Of a stretch of DNA of 64,000 nt, positions 9,351 through 19,272 are shown in pieces. Both the position numbers and the translations under genes were made by a program. The notes under the pieces are model-generated. The model did not search any database. It saw only the letters and a program-made list of their open reading frames with translations, and had not been told where the DNA came from. Within the stretch, counting starts at the first letter, position 1, and each line of letters starts with the position of its first letter. The DNA is from a candidate division FCPU426 bacterium (lineage in GTDB: Bacteria; Oederibacteriota; Muellerivitia; Muellerivitales; Muellerivitaceae): positions 1,184,001 to 1,248,000 of the forward strand of contig CAVRAL010000004.1 in assembly GCA_963719085.1 (NCBI GenBank), written 5' to 3'.

Positions 9351-12300
9351 CTAGGCGCTGGATTTACGGCGTTTACGGTTTCCGGTGGTTAGGTTTCCAT
9401 CCTCGTCAAACTCGAACTTGTGGATATCACCCCGCTCCAGGTTTGACATCAAGCTATAGGCGCAGGGAACCACGACCAGGGTCAGGATGGTGGAGAAAAA
9501 CATCCCGCCGATGATGGCCACCGACATACCCTGGCGGAGTTCCGCGCCCGGGCCAAAGGCCAAAGCCGCCGGGATGGCGCCCGCGATGGTCGCGGCGGAG
9601 GTCATCAGAATGGGACGGAAGCGGATCGGGCAGGCCGCCATCAAGGCGTCCTTCACGTTCATATTGTCCAACCGGCGGCGTTGATTGGTGAAGTCTACCA
9701 GCATGATGGAATTCTTTTTCACCAGCCCCAACAACAGGATGATGCCGATGAAGCTGTACATATTGAAGGATTGGCCGGTAATGAGCAGCGCGAAGAACGC
9801 CCCGGTGATGCTGAAGGGAAGCGCCAACAGGATCACGATGGGCTGGATAAAGCTGTTAAATTGGCTTCCCAGAACCATGTAAGCCACGATGATGCCTAAA
9901 ATCATCACGATGCCCAATTGGGAGAAGGCGCCGCTGTTGGTTTGGGAGCTGCCGGTCAACTGTACGCTGTAGCCGCCGGTCGTGGGAAGACAGCTTTGGG
10001 CGTCGTCGGTGGCTTCCTTCAAGGCTTCGGCCTGGGAAGTTCCCGGTCCCGCGTTGGCGTAAAAATAAACGGCGGGTTGCCGCATGTCACGGGTAATTTG
10101 TTGCAAAGAAGTGGTGACGGCCAAGCTGGAGACGGCCGAGACCGGCAAAACCTCGCCCCGGTTGTTGCGGACGTAAATATGATTAATGTCGGTAGGAAGC
10201 AGGCGCTGCTCATCCGGTACCCGGAGCAGGATGGGATTGTCGTGCCCGTCTTCGTGGAAATAAATCCCCTGGAAGGTATAGCCGCCGATCAAGGAACCTA
10301 CCACGTTGCCCAAATCATCCATATTGACGCCCATGGCGGCGGCTTTGGCCCTATCCGGAATGATCCGGATTTCAGGCTGGCCGTCCAAGAAATTGTCGGT
10401 CACGTCGGCCAACTTGCTATCGTCTTTGAGTTTGGCCCGGATGGCTTGGACTGATTGGGACAGGACGGTCCAGTCCGGACCCGTGACGATAAACTCCGCC
10501 GCGTAACCCTTGCCGGTCGACATACCGCGCTGGGACAAATCCTGGATCGAGACTTGGAGATCGGGGGAAACCTTGCTCAGCTTCGCCCGGAGCAACTGGG
10601 AGAACTCCATCTGGGTCAGCCGTTTATGCACCTTCTTCTTGGGTTTTCCCTTGCCCTGGCTCAGTTCCTCGTCCACCACCGGACGGGCGCCGGGATCTTT
10701 CATGGTGACGAACAAAATGGCCGCGTTGGTGGCGCTGGTGCCGAATCCGCCGACGGCGGAATAGAGGTTCTTGATCTCGCCGCGGTCTTTAAGCGCCGCC
10801 TCGCATTGTTTGACGATGCCGTCGGTGTGCGTCAGTGAGGATTGCACGGGCAATTTCAAGTTCACGATGAAGACGCTTTGGTCGGTCACCGGCACGAATT
10901 CCTTCTTGACCAACATAAATGAGAAAAGGGAGCCCGCGAAAATGGCCAGGGAGGTGATCAAGATAAGCCAACGGTGGCCCAGCGACCAACCCAGGACCCG
11001 GGTATAAAATCTCGTCAACCGGTGGAATTGGGTGTTGACGAAATGATTAAAGCGGCTGTGCTCATCGGCGCTATGCACGAATTCCGAGCAGCGCATGGGC
11101 GTCAAGGTGATGGCTTCCAGCAGGGAGATCAGCACCGCGCCTGAAAGGGTGACGCCGAATTGAAAGAAGAACTTTCCGATGACGCCCTGCATGAAGGCGA
11201 TGGGCAGGAAGATGGCGATGATGGCGATCGAGGTGGCGATGGCGGCGAAGGTCACTTCCCGGGCTCCCTTGAGGGCGGCCTCGACCTGGTGCTCGCCCTT
11301 TTCCTGGTGACGGACGATGTTTTCCAGCACCATGATGGCGTCATCAACGACCACGCCGATAGACAAGGAAAGCGCCAAAAGAGTGAAGGTGTTCAAGGTG
11401 AAACCAAAGAAATAAATGATCATCATCGTGCCGAACAAGGAAGTGGGGATGGCGAGGAACACGTTCAAGGTCGAGGTCCAACTTCCCAGGAAGAGGAAAC
11501 AGACCAACCCGGTCAATAAGGCGGCCAGGAAGATGGTCAGTTCCAATTCATGGACGTTGTCCTTGATGAAGGTGGTCGTGTCGAAATTGACCGCGATGTG
11601 GTAGCCGGGGGGAAGCTGTTTTTGCACTTCCGCCATGCGCTGTTTGGCGAGGTCGGCCACCTCGACGGCGTTATAGCCGTCCTGCATCACGATGCCTAAG
11701 CCGACCGCCGTGGTGCCGTTGAAGCGCGAAAGCCTAACCGTGGGGGAAACGATGCCGTCCTCAATGGTGGCTACGTCCTTCAAACGGGCCGCGCCGTAGT
11801 TGGGCGCGCCCCCGCGGGTGATGATGGGTAGGTCGCCAAAGGCGGGAACCGTGTAAGCCTCGCCCATGGAACGGATGTCATATTGGACATCGGGTGTTTC
11901 CATGGACCCCGCGGGAACCTCATCGTGCTGGTGCTGGATGGTGTCGATCAGGTCCTGGACGGTCAATTCATGGGCGTTCAGCTTATTGTTGTCCACCCAA
12001 ATATTGACCTCGCGGTTCATGAACCCGCCCAGGAAAACATTGGAAACACCCGGCAGGCTGGTGAAGTGGTCCTCGATATGGTCGCGGGTGTAGAGCATCA
12101 TGTCCTTGACCGTCAAGGGCGGGTCGACCGTGACGGCGAACCAGATGATGGGGGAGCTGTTGGGGTTTTGCTTGCGGATGACGGCCGGATAAACGTTGGT
12201 CGGCAGCTGCTTTTGAACGGAGGCCACCAGGGTTTGGACGTCTTGGACCGCGGCGTCCACGGGCCGGCTGATATCCAGGAACACCGTGATATTGGCTTGG

Positions 12301-12560
12301 CCCTGGGTACAGGTGCTTTGAACGTCCTGCACGCCTTCCACGCCCAAAACCGCCTGTTCCACCACGTCGGAGACGTCGGATTCCACGACCTCAGGGGCGG
12401 CGTTGGGCAAGGTGATGGAAACGTTTACGACAGGGAAATCCACATCGGGCATTTGGGCTAATCCCATCCGGCTGAAACAAATAAAACCGAATAAAAGCAG
12501 GGCGGCCATGAACATCCAGGCCATCACGGGGTTGCGGATGGAAATATCAGACAGGGTCAT
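9351..12560 (-). CDS. RND efflux transporter permease (AcrB/MdtB-like)
   Basis: 1069 aa; GVVVDDAIMVLENI and RFRPILMTS motifs. Confidence 0.95.
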   Translation of the reverse strand: MTLSDISIRNPVMAWMFMAALLLFGFICFSRMGLAQMPDVDFPVVNVSITLPNAAPEVVESDVSDVVEQAVLGVEGVQDVQSTCTQGQANITVFLDISRPVDAAVQDVQTLVASVQKQLPTNVYPAVIRKQNPNSSPIIWFAVTVDPPLTVKDMMLYTRDHIEDHFTSLPGVSNVFLGGFMNREVNIWVDNNKLNAHELTVQDLIDTIQHQHDEVPAGSMETPDVQYDIRSMGEAYTVPAFGDLPIITRGGAPNYGAARLKDVATIEDGIVSPTVRLSRFNGTTAVGLGIVMQDGYNAVEVADLAKQRMAEVQKQLPPGYHIAVNFDTTTFIKDNVHELELTIFLAALLTGLVCFLFLGSWTSTLNVFLAIPTSLFGTMMIIYFFGFTLNTFTLLALSLSIGVVVDDAIMVLENIVRHQEKGEHQVEAALKGAREVTFAAIATSIAIIAIFLPIAFMQGVIGKFFFQFGVTLSGAVLISLLEAITLTPMRCSEFVHSADEHSRFNHFVNTQFHRLTRFYTRVLGWSLGHRWLILITSLAIFAGSLFSFMLVKKEFVPVTDQSVFIVNLKLPVQSSLTHTDGIVKQCEAALKDRGEIKNLYSAVGGFGTSATNAAILFVTMKDPGARPVVDEELSQGKGKPKKKVHKRLTQMEFSQLLRAKLSKVSPDLQVSIQDLSQRGMSTGKGYAAEFIVTGPDWTVLSQSVQAIRAKLKDDSKLADVTDNFLDGQPEIRIIPDRAKAAAMGVNMDDLGNVVGSLIGGYTFQGIYFHEDGHDNPILLRVPDEQRLLPTDINHIYVRNNRGEVLPVSAVSSLAVTTSLQQITRDMRQPAVYFYANAGPGTSQAEALKEATDDAQSCLPTTGGYSVQLTGSSQTNSGAFSQLGIVMILGIIVAYMVLGSQFNSFIQPIVILLALPFSITGAFFALLITGQSFNMYSFIGIILLLGLVKKNSIMLVDFTNQRRRLDNMNVKDALMAACPIRFRPILMTSAATIAGAIPAALAFGPGAELRQGMSVAIIGGMFFSTILTLVVVPCAYSLMSNLERGDIHKFEFDEDGNLTTGNRKRRKSSA

Positions 12561-12593
12561 CGGGTCATCCTTCGGAGTTGATGTGCGGCACGG

Positions 12594-14015
12594 CTACTTT
12601 TTCTCGTCCGGCAGTTTCGGCAACTCACCCACGGCCACCCCCAGCCAGATTTGGTCGTAAAGGGTTTGGTACCGGGTTTTGACGTAATCAGCTTTGGCGG
12701 TTTCCAACGAGTTCAGGGTTTGTAAAAGGGTCAACGGCGTCTGAAGATTTAATTTGTAATCATGCAAAACGGCATCGTAGGCGGCTTGGGAGGCGTCCAT
12801 GGCATTTTGGTAGGCGGCGGTTTGCTGGATGGAATCCCCAAGGCCCTTATAGACTTGGCGGATTTCTTCCAGGGCGGCTCTCCGGGTTTGGCTCCAGGCG
12901 AGTTTCGCCTGGTTCCGTTTGGAATCGGCTTCCCGTTCCTGGGCCACGATCTGGCCTCCTTCGAAAACCGGAAGCGAGGCTTCCAGCCCGACAGTCCATT
13001 CCCGGGGGTCGTTGCCGCCATCGGCGGCCAGGTAGTAGTTGCCCGTGGCGACGAGGGACGGCAGGTGTTCCCCATGGGCCTGCAGGACAGAGGCTTCCGC
13101 CACGTCCAAGCTGGCCTTGGCTTGCTGGACATCGGGACGCTCGTCCACATGGGTCACCGCATCGTCCAGGCCGAAGGGCGGGATGGCGTAATTCTCGTCG
13201 GTGGATTGAAGTTCGGTGTCGGGCTTAATCCCGGCCAAAAAGGCAAGCGTTTCCCGTTCCTGGGTGAGTTGGGTCTTGTCATTCTGGATGGTCGCGTCAA
13301 GCTGGGCCAATTGAGCCGTGGTGGTCAACATGTCGCTTTTTTGGGCGCGTCCGATCGAGACCCAGTTTTTTTGAACGTCTAATATTTTTTGGGTCAGGTC
13401 CCTTGAGTCCATATCCGTCTGCAGGGAGTCCTGCAATTCCAAAACGGAATAAAAGGCTTGAGCCACATTCAGAAGCAGGCGGCTGGACGCTTGGCGTAAT
13501 CCGAAATTTTGAGCGTCGATATTGGCCTTCGCGCCTTGGAGAGCGGCTACTTGATTTAAACCGGACCAGATGGTTTCCGCGCCGCTTAAATAAAGGGAAT
13601 CCCCGGCCGCGTTGGAGGAAGTGTTGCCGGGCCCGGATTGGGCGAAGGTCCCGGAGGCCCAAGTTTTTTGTCCAACCAAACCTATCTGAGGAAGCCAGGC
13701 TCCCAAGGCCTGCTGCTGCTGGGCTTCGGCTTGTTCGACATTTTCCACTTGGCTGGCGAGGGTCTCCGTGCGTTCCACCGCCAGCGCGTAAACATCCCAA
13801 AGATTCAAGTTAGTCTTTTCGGCTGCGGCTTTCGCTAGGTCCGTGTTGACGCCCGTATAGGCGGGAAGGGGATTGTCGACCCGCTCCTGATCGACCTCAA
13901 CATGGTAATGCGCGCAGCCCGAAAGTAACCCCAGGGCCGCCAAGCCGGCGGCGAAGGTTTTGAAGGTTTGGATGTTTTTCAAAAGACGATCCTTGATCGG
14001 GTATTGACGTCTCAA
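12594..14015 (-). CDS. TolC-family outer membrane efflux lipoprotein
   Basis: Lipobox LLSGC, two OEP repeats (WLPQIGL; HLPSLVA..LPVFEGG). True start uncertain. Confidence 0.88.
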   Translation of the reverse strand: MRRQYPIKDRLLKNIQTFKTFAAGLAALGLLSGCAHYHVEVDQERVDNPLPAYTGVNTDLAKAAAEKTNLNLWDVYALAVERTETLASQVENVEQAEAQQQQALGAWLPQIGLVGQKTWASGTFAQSGPGNTSSNAAGDSLYLSGAETIWSGLNQVAALQGAKANIDAQNFGLRQASSRLLLNVAQAFYSVLELQDSLQTDMDSRDLTQKILDVQKNWVSIGRAQKSDMLTTTAQLAQLDATIQNDKTQLTQERETLAFLAGIKPDTELQSTDENYAIPPFGLDDAVTHVDERPDVQQAKASLDVAEASVLQAHGEHLPSLVATGNYYLAADGGNDPREWTVGLEASLPVFEGGQIVAQEREADSKRNQAKLAWSQTRRAALEEIRQVYKGLGDSIQQTAAYQNAMDASQAAYDAVLHDYKLNLQTPLTLLQTLNSLETAKADYVKTRYQTLYDQIWLGVAVGELPKLPDEKK

Positions 14016-14054
14016 AATAGGCCAAACGGCTTGAGCAAAATAGCAACAGGCCTC

Positions 14055-14663
14055 TTAGGGTTTCAAGAGTCCTTGGGCGAAAACTTTGGAGAGCGACCGC
14101 GCGTACTCCTCGTCGCCTCCCTCAAACTTCATGCATCCGCCTAAAATTTTCTCGTCCATGGTGTAATTCATGATGGCGCCCACGAACTGAAAGGCCACCA
14201 GCTTCATGGCGTTGGGGGACATTTTCCCCTCGAGAAAAGGGCCCAGCACTTGTTTGATGTTCTGGTCCACCCGGTCCTGGATGTTTTCCATGTAGATTTT
14301 CTTCAGATAATTGTTTTTCAGGCTCTCCGACAGCAAAATCTTGGTGAACTCCACATTCTCATCCTTTTTCATCTGCTCCAGGAAACCCCGGGCGGTTTGA
14401 TAAAGGCATTCCTCCAAGGTGCGGGGGGTGCCCAGGCCTTGGACCAATTCCTCATCCTGCCGCCAACGCAACTCAAAGATGCCGTGCAGGATGGTTTCCT
14501 TGCTTTTGAAATAATGATAAAGCGTGGCCTTGGTCAGCCGGCAGGCCCGGGCGATTTGGGACATGCTGGTTTCTTTCACGCCTTTTTCCGAAAAAAGCTT
14601 CCGGGCTTCCGCCAAAATTTTAACCATCTGTTGCTGGTGTTTGTGGGGGTCGAGCACTTTCAT
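14055..14663 (-). CDS. TetR/AcrR family transcriptional regulator
   Basis: HTH motif TSMSQIARACRLTKATLYHYFKSKE. Confidence 0.93.
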   Translation of the reverse strand: MKVLDPHKHQQQMVKILAEARKLFSEKGVKETSMSQIARACRLTKATLYHYFKSKETILHGIFELRWRQDEELVQGLGTPRTLEECLYQTARGFLEQMKKDENVEFTKILLSESLKNNYLKKIYMENIQDRVDQNIKQVLGPFLEGKMSPNAMKLVAFQFVGAIMNYTMDEKILGGCMKFEGGDEEYARSLSKVFAQGLLKP

Positions 14664-14743
14664 AAGGCCATAAACCTACCCTGCGGTTGATTTTTTTTGT
14701 AAGGGCCCGTCATCCTTTTCATTCCTTCAAAAACCTTTCTTAC

Positions 14744-15187
14744 TTACTTAGCGGAGCAGGGGGCCGAATTCGGGCACGAGGCCGGCGGCATGTGATGGAA
14801 CAGGAACCAAAACCATCCCTCCAACCCCGGTTTCACGGGTGGATGATCGTGTTGCGCCTTTAAGGCGTCCAATTTTTTAATCTGTTCGGCGGACAAGAGC
14901 GGGCGAATCTTCGCGTCGATCTTGTCCCGGATGGCGCAGAACTTATCGCGGTCCAAGTCCCGTAATTTGTTAATGTCGGCGTCTTCGGTTTTGAGAATGG
15001 CCTCGACCTTGATTTTTTGGTCGGGAGTCAAGCTCAGTTCGCAGGCGAGGCGGTCCAAAACATGATGATGATCCCCGCTGTTGAGCCACATCCGGTTCAT
15101 GCAATGGCTGATGTAAAGCACGGTGATCATGGAGCCCACCAAAAGGCCGATGATGAAAATAAGGGAACCCTTGATCCAGTTTTTCAT
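14744..15187 (-). CDS. Membrane-anchored periplasmic helical protein (Spy/CpxP-like)
   Basis: N-terminal TM, ELSLTPDQ and LLSAEQ (LTxxQ-like) motifs; third gene of an ECF operon. Confidence 0.6.
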   Translation of the reverse strand: MKNWIKGSLIFIIGLLVGSMITVLYISHCMNRMWLNSGDHHHVLDRLACELSLTPDQKIKVEAILKTEDADINKLRDLDRDKFCAIRDKIDAKIRPLLSAEQIKKLDALKAQHDHPPVKPGLEGWFWFLFHHMPPASCPNSAPCSAK

Positions 15188-15188
15188 G

Positions 15189-15650
15189 TTATTGCCCCTC
15201 GTCGTAGCTGATGAGCGAAACCGTGAGGTTGCTCGAGGCCGGGAGAACCGGAGCCGCGACGGCGGTCGAGGCCACTTGGGATCCGCTTTCATTTAACAGC
15301 GAGGAATCCGAGGCCAAACCCGGAAGGTTGGGCAGAACGGCGGTCCAAACCCAGGCGGCGGCCGCGAAGGAGCCCACCAACGGCAGGGACCAGGGCATCA
15401 GGGATTTCCACAACGATTGTTCCCGATTGGGTTCCAGGCGGGCCATCACTTTTTGGGTGAAAAGATCCTCGCTCCATTCGGAGAATAAGGGCTTGGCGAA
15501 AAGGAAGCGCGAATGGGTCTGCCATTGACGAAGGGTTTGCCGGCAGGAGGGGCAGGCTTCCAGATGGCTTTCCACTTCCCAACGCTCGGGTTGGGGAAGC
15601 CTTTGGTCATAATAAGCCGAGAGCTTTTCGGCTAGTTTGGCGTGATTCAT
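15189..15650 (-). CDS. Zinc-finger (zf-HC2) anti-sigma factor
   Basis: LSAYYD..HLEACPSC motif plus one TM; overlaps the ECF sigma stop codon. Confidence 0.88.
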   Translation of the reverse strand: MNHAKLAEKLSAYYDQRLPQPERWEVESHLEACPSCRQTLRQWQTHSRFLFAKPLFSEWSEDLFTQKVMARLEPNREQSLWKSLMPWSLPLVGSFAAAAWVWTAVLPNLPGLASDSSLLNESGSQVASTAVAAPVLPASSNLTVSLISYDEGQ

Positions 15651-16258
15651 TCGCTTCTTTTCCTTTCGTAATTCACGGTTTGGACGCCCGGAAGCGCCTG
15701 GAAGTGTCGGACCCGTTCCTGCATGGCTTTGCGCGCCCGGGATAGGCGGCTTTTGACCGCGTCCACTGAACAGTGCAAAACTTTTCCCAGTTCCTCGTAA
15801 GACAAACCCTCCGCTTCGCGCAGGGTCAACAGGGTTCGATAGTCATCCGGCAGGGCGGACAATATTTTTTGGGCCAGATCCCGGTTTTCCAGGGCGGTGT
15901 CGGCGTCGGCCTCGGTCGAGGCCAATTTTTGCAGGAAGCCCGTTTCCTGCTCCATCAGCGCGTCCCAGGATACAGAAGGACGCCGTTTTCGTTTACGCAA
16001 AAGATCAAGACAATGGTTGGTCGTAATGCGGTAAAGCCAGGTGGAAAAAGCCGAGTCGCCCCGGAATTTGGCCAGGGATTGATAGGCCTTCACGAAAGAG
16101 TCCTGGGCGGCCTCATCGGCCTGAACCGGATCCCCCAGCATGGATTGGCAATAGCCCCGCACCTTGCGTTGGTAGCGTTGGACCAAATGGGCGTAAGATT
16201 CTTTATCGCCGGCCAAGATTTGTTGGACCAAAAGACGGTCTTCGATCACGGATTCCAT
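15647..16258 (-). CDS. ECF RNA polymerase sigma factor
   Basis: AQDSFVKAY, FSTWLYRI and VKSRLSRAR motifs. Confidence 0.95.
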   Translation of the reverse strand: MESVIEDRLLVQQILAGDKESYAHLVQRYQRKVRGYCQSMLGDPVQADEAAQDSFVKAYQSLAKFRGDSAFSTWLYRITTNHCLDLLRKRKRRPSVSWDALMEQETGFLQKLASTEADADTALENRDLAQKILSALPDDYRTLLTLREAEGLSYEELGKVLHCSVDAVKSRLSRARKAMQERVRHFQALPGVQTVNYERKRSE

Positions 16259-16394
16259 TCCCCTAATCTATATTGATATAAGGACGTTGAAAACCCCTCC
16301 GGGGGGTCGCGGCGGCTTTTTTATCCGGCGTTTTGAGGTTTTTTTCCGTTCTTTTCCTAGGCGCGGGGTTGGGGCTTATATAATAGGAGCCCTA

Positions 16395-16844
16395 ATGGAA
16401 TTTCCCCTTTCCAAGAAAGCAAGGTTTTTCACCGCTTTCCCGCTGACTTCAGCGGAAAAGAAGGTATTGGGTTTTTTGGGGTGTTTAGTCTTGCTGGGTT
16501 CGGCCACCTTAGGGTTTGAAAAGCTGGGCGGCCGGTTTCCCGAGCCCTCTTTCGCGTCGGCCTTGAGCCGGGTGCCTTTAAGGCCGCCGGTTTATGTCTC
16601 CCGCGCCGCGGGCGGCCAGGGCCGGTTTTCAGGTCTTTCCCGGGCTTTGGACATCAACCGGGCCGGCCTTGATCAGCTGCGCTGGGTTCCCGGCGTTGGA
16701 CCCGAGACGGCTAAGCGGATCGTCCAATACCGTAAGGCCCACGGGGATTTCGAAAGTTTGGAAGATTTAAAAAAAGTTCCCGGCGTGGGCGCGAAAAAAT
16801 ACAACAAGATGGCTCCCCATTTGAAAGTGGACGCCAAGCCTTGA
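16395..16844 (+). CDS. comEA: Competence DNA-binding protein (helix-hairpin-helix)
   Basis: N-terminal TM, then LDINRA..LRWVPGVGP..HGDFESLEDLKKVPGVG. Confidence 0.85.
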   Translation: MEFPLSKKARFFTAFPLTSAEKKVLGFLGCLVLLGSATLGFEKLGGRFPEPSFASALSRVPLRPPVYVSRAAGGQGRFSGLSRALDINRAGLDQLRWVPGVGPETAKRIVQYRKAHGDFESLEDLKKVPGVGAKKYNKMAPHLKVDAKP

Positions 16845-16864
16845 TCCTTTTTGAAAGGCTTCGG

Positions 16865-18205
16865 ATGAAAAAGAGCGCGAGCAGGTTCGGCTGGATTTTG
16901 GGGTTTTGGCTGTTGCCTTGGGCCGCTTGGGCGGACCTTCAAATTTTGACCCAAGTGCCTTCCACTTATATGTTTCCCGCCCAAGGATTCATGCCTTTCA
17001 ATATCCATCGGGGAACCCAAACCTTGTTGTCGCTCATGCTTCCCGATACTTCCTTTAATAATCCCCAAGGCATGGCCTGCGCCTTGCTCAATAAAGACCA
17101 CGACCCGAAGGCGCCCTTGAACGACGTGATTGTGACGGTGATCGGGGTCAACTCGGGCGCGGGGGAGATTTTTTACAACACGGGATTAAAGGAGTTGAAA
17201 AAGTTCGGCTCTTCGGGCGGCGGCCCCGGCCAATTTCTGTCCCCCACGGGCGCGGCCATCCATCCCAACGGTTCGGTGGCGATCGCGGACACGGGAAATA
17301 ACCGGGTGGCGCTTTTAAAAGACGACGGCTCGCGCCTGCGTTGGGTGAAAGCCTTGGGAACGCTGGGCGCGAAGGCCGGACAGTTCAACGCGCCCCAAGG
17401 CGTGGCCTATGACACGCCGGGCAATCTTTATATCGCCGACACAGGCAACAACCGGATCCAGGCGCGCGTCCCCACGGGAGCGTTCCGTGTTCTTCCCATC
17501 AGCGGATTGGACCATCCCACGGCCCTTTGCGTGATCGACGCCAAGGCCGATTGGAGCTTTTACAAAACCGGGGACCTGGCCAACCGATTGGCCGTCATCG
17601 ACCAGCAGGGGCAACGGCTTCAGACTTTCACGCTGGACGGAAAACCGCTGGCCCAATTTACCGCCGACCAAGCCAGCGACGGACCCATGCAGTTGTGGGG
17701 CTGCGCTTTTGATTATTACGGAAACGTGGTGGCCACGGATTTCGCCAAAGGCTGCCTGCGAAAATTTGGAAGAAACCTGGAATACCTGACCACCTTCGGA
17801 AGCATGGGGGACGAGGATTACCAGTTTGACGAGCCCCGGGGCATCTGCCTGAACACCCAGTTCGGCCAAATGTTCGTGTCGGAAAAAGACAGCGCCCAAT
17901 ATTACTGGGTGGGGGCGGACGCCCAAAACCTGGCTTTCCAGAAAACCGCCCAAGGATTCCGGTTCCCCTTCTTTCTCACCGAGCGGGCCCTGGTCAGCGC
18001 CGTGATCCAAGACGCCTCGGGCAACACGGTTAAAAACCTGGGAGACGGCATGGACTTGGAAGAGGGCGCCCAGGAGCTGGACTGGAACCCGGACGCCTCA
18101 GTCCCGTCAGGCGATTACACCCTGCGGCTGACGGTCATGGCCACCTATTCCACGCGGGAAAGGGAAGCCAAGCAGTTGACCCTGACCGTTACCTACGCCA
18201 AATAA
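16865..18205 (+). CDS. Secreted NHL-repeat beta-propeller protein with C-terminal FlgD-Ig-like domain
   Basis: Signal peptide, repeated GQFxxPxG..IADTGNNR; C-terminal LDWNP..PSGDYTLRL. Confidence 0.8.
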   Translation: MKKSASRFGWILGFWLLPWAAWADLQILTQVPSTYMFPAQGFMPFNIHRGTQTLLSLMLPDTSFNNPQGMACALLNKDHDPKAPLNDVIVTVIGVNSGAGEIFYNTGLKELKKFGSSGGGPGQFLSPTGAAIHPNGSVAIADTGNNRVALLKDDGSRLRWVKALGTLGAKAGQFNAPQGVAYDTPGNLYIADTGNNRIQARVPTGAFRVLPISGLDHPTALCVIDAKADWSFYKTGDLANRLAVIDQQGQRLQTFTLDGKPLAQFTADQASDGPMQLWGCAFDYYGNVVATDFAKGCLRKFGRNLEYLTTFGSMGDEDYQFDEPRGICLNTQFGQMFVSEKDSAQYYWVGADAQNLAFQKTAQGFRFPFFLTERALVSAVIQDASGNTVKNLGDGMDLEEGAQELDWNPDASVPSGDYTLRLTVMATYSTREREAKQLTLTVTYAK

Positions 18206-18244
18206 TTGTTAGTGTATTAGTTTGAAGGGTAATTGGTTTTAAGA

Positions 18245-18414
18245 TGTCTTTGCGAGGGGCGTTTTTCATTGGTTTTAGCGACGAAGCAATCTCAGTTTAT
18301 GGGTGTTTAATCGGTCTTTTGTTGTTGGATTTATTGAGGTTGGAATTTTATTTTAAACTGGGTTTGCTTCGTCATGAACGCCTGCCTATTCGGCGGGCAT
18401 TCCTCGCAATGACA
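18245..18414. repeat. Palindromic intergenic repeat, family C (TGTCATTGCGAG...CTCGCAATGACA), empty copy
   Basis: Terminal inverted repeats plus inner pairing GACGAAGCAATCTCAGTTTA / TAAACTGGGTTTGCTTCGTC; homologous to the copies at 52962 and 54581. Confidence 0.85.
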
Positions 18415-18511
18415 GACTAATTCCCTAAGCTCATTTCGTTTCCCCGCCCGAATCAATCGGGTACACTAACCCCCAGTTTGAAGACTTCTATATAGAACAG
18501 GGAGGCGTGCC

Positions 18512-19210
18512 ATGGCCGTTCCGAAGTTGTTACAGACCAACCGCATGAACGAAACCGCCGGCGGAGTCACTTACCACATCGAGGGCGAGTTGGTTCCGGT
18601 TTTGCATGTGGAACTGGGGAATACCCCGGTTTATTTCGAGCACCATATCCTTCTTTGGAAAGATCCTTCCGCCACCATCGGCATCAAGGCCCTTAAGGGC
18701 GCTTTCAAGCGGGTTTTGGCCGGTATGCCGGTTTTGATGACCGAGGCCAAGGGCCCGGGCCGGATCGCCTTCAGCCGGGACGGCGTGGGGCATGTGTTCG
18801 CCATCCATTTGGACAAAGGCCAGTCGATCAACGTTCGGGAACACCAGTTTTTGGCCGCCACCGACAACGTGAGTTACAACTTCACCCGGGTGAAAGGTGT
18901 GGCCAATATGTTTTTAGGCGGCTCAGGATTTTTCATCGATACCTTCGCCTGCGAGTCGGGGACCGAAGGCGTGTTGTGGCTGCACGGCTATGGCAATGTT
19001 TTTGAGGTCGACCTCAAGGCCGGGGAACAGATCGACATTGAGCCGGGCGGTTGGATTTACAAAGACCCGGGTGTGAAGATGGAAACCATCTTCCAGCGCC
19101 TATCCACCGGGCTTTTCGGCGGCGCGGGCCAGCTTTGCTGGAATCGCTTCACCGGCCCCGGGCGCTTAGCGCTCCAATCGATGTACCTGCATATGCCCAC
19201 AGAGGAATAA
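18512..19210 (+). CDS. AIM24 family protein
   Basis: GPGRIAF, GGSGFFI, HGYGNVFE and FTGPGRLALQS motifs. Confidence 0.88.
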   Translation: MAVPKLLQTNRMNETAGGVTYHIEGELVPVLHVELGNTPVYFEHHILLWKDPSATIGIKALKGAFKRVLAGMPVLMTEAKGPGRIAFSRDGVGHVFAIHLDKGQSINVREHQFLAATDNVSYNFTRVKGVANMFLGGSGFFIDTFACESGTEGVLWLHGYGNVFEVDLKAGEQIDIEPGGWIYKDPGVKMETIFQRLSTGLFGGAGQLCWNRFTGPGRLALQSMYLHMPTEE

Positions 19211-19216
19211 AAACGG

Positions 19217-19239
19217 GGCCCCGCAAGGGGCCTTTTTTT
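19217..19239 (+). terminator. Intrinsic terminator
   Basis: GGCCCC-GCAA-GGGGCC followed by T7. Confidence 0.85.
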
Positions 19240-19272
19240 ATTGGGGACATTCGTCGAATGGGAGAGAACGTG

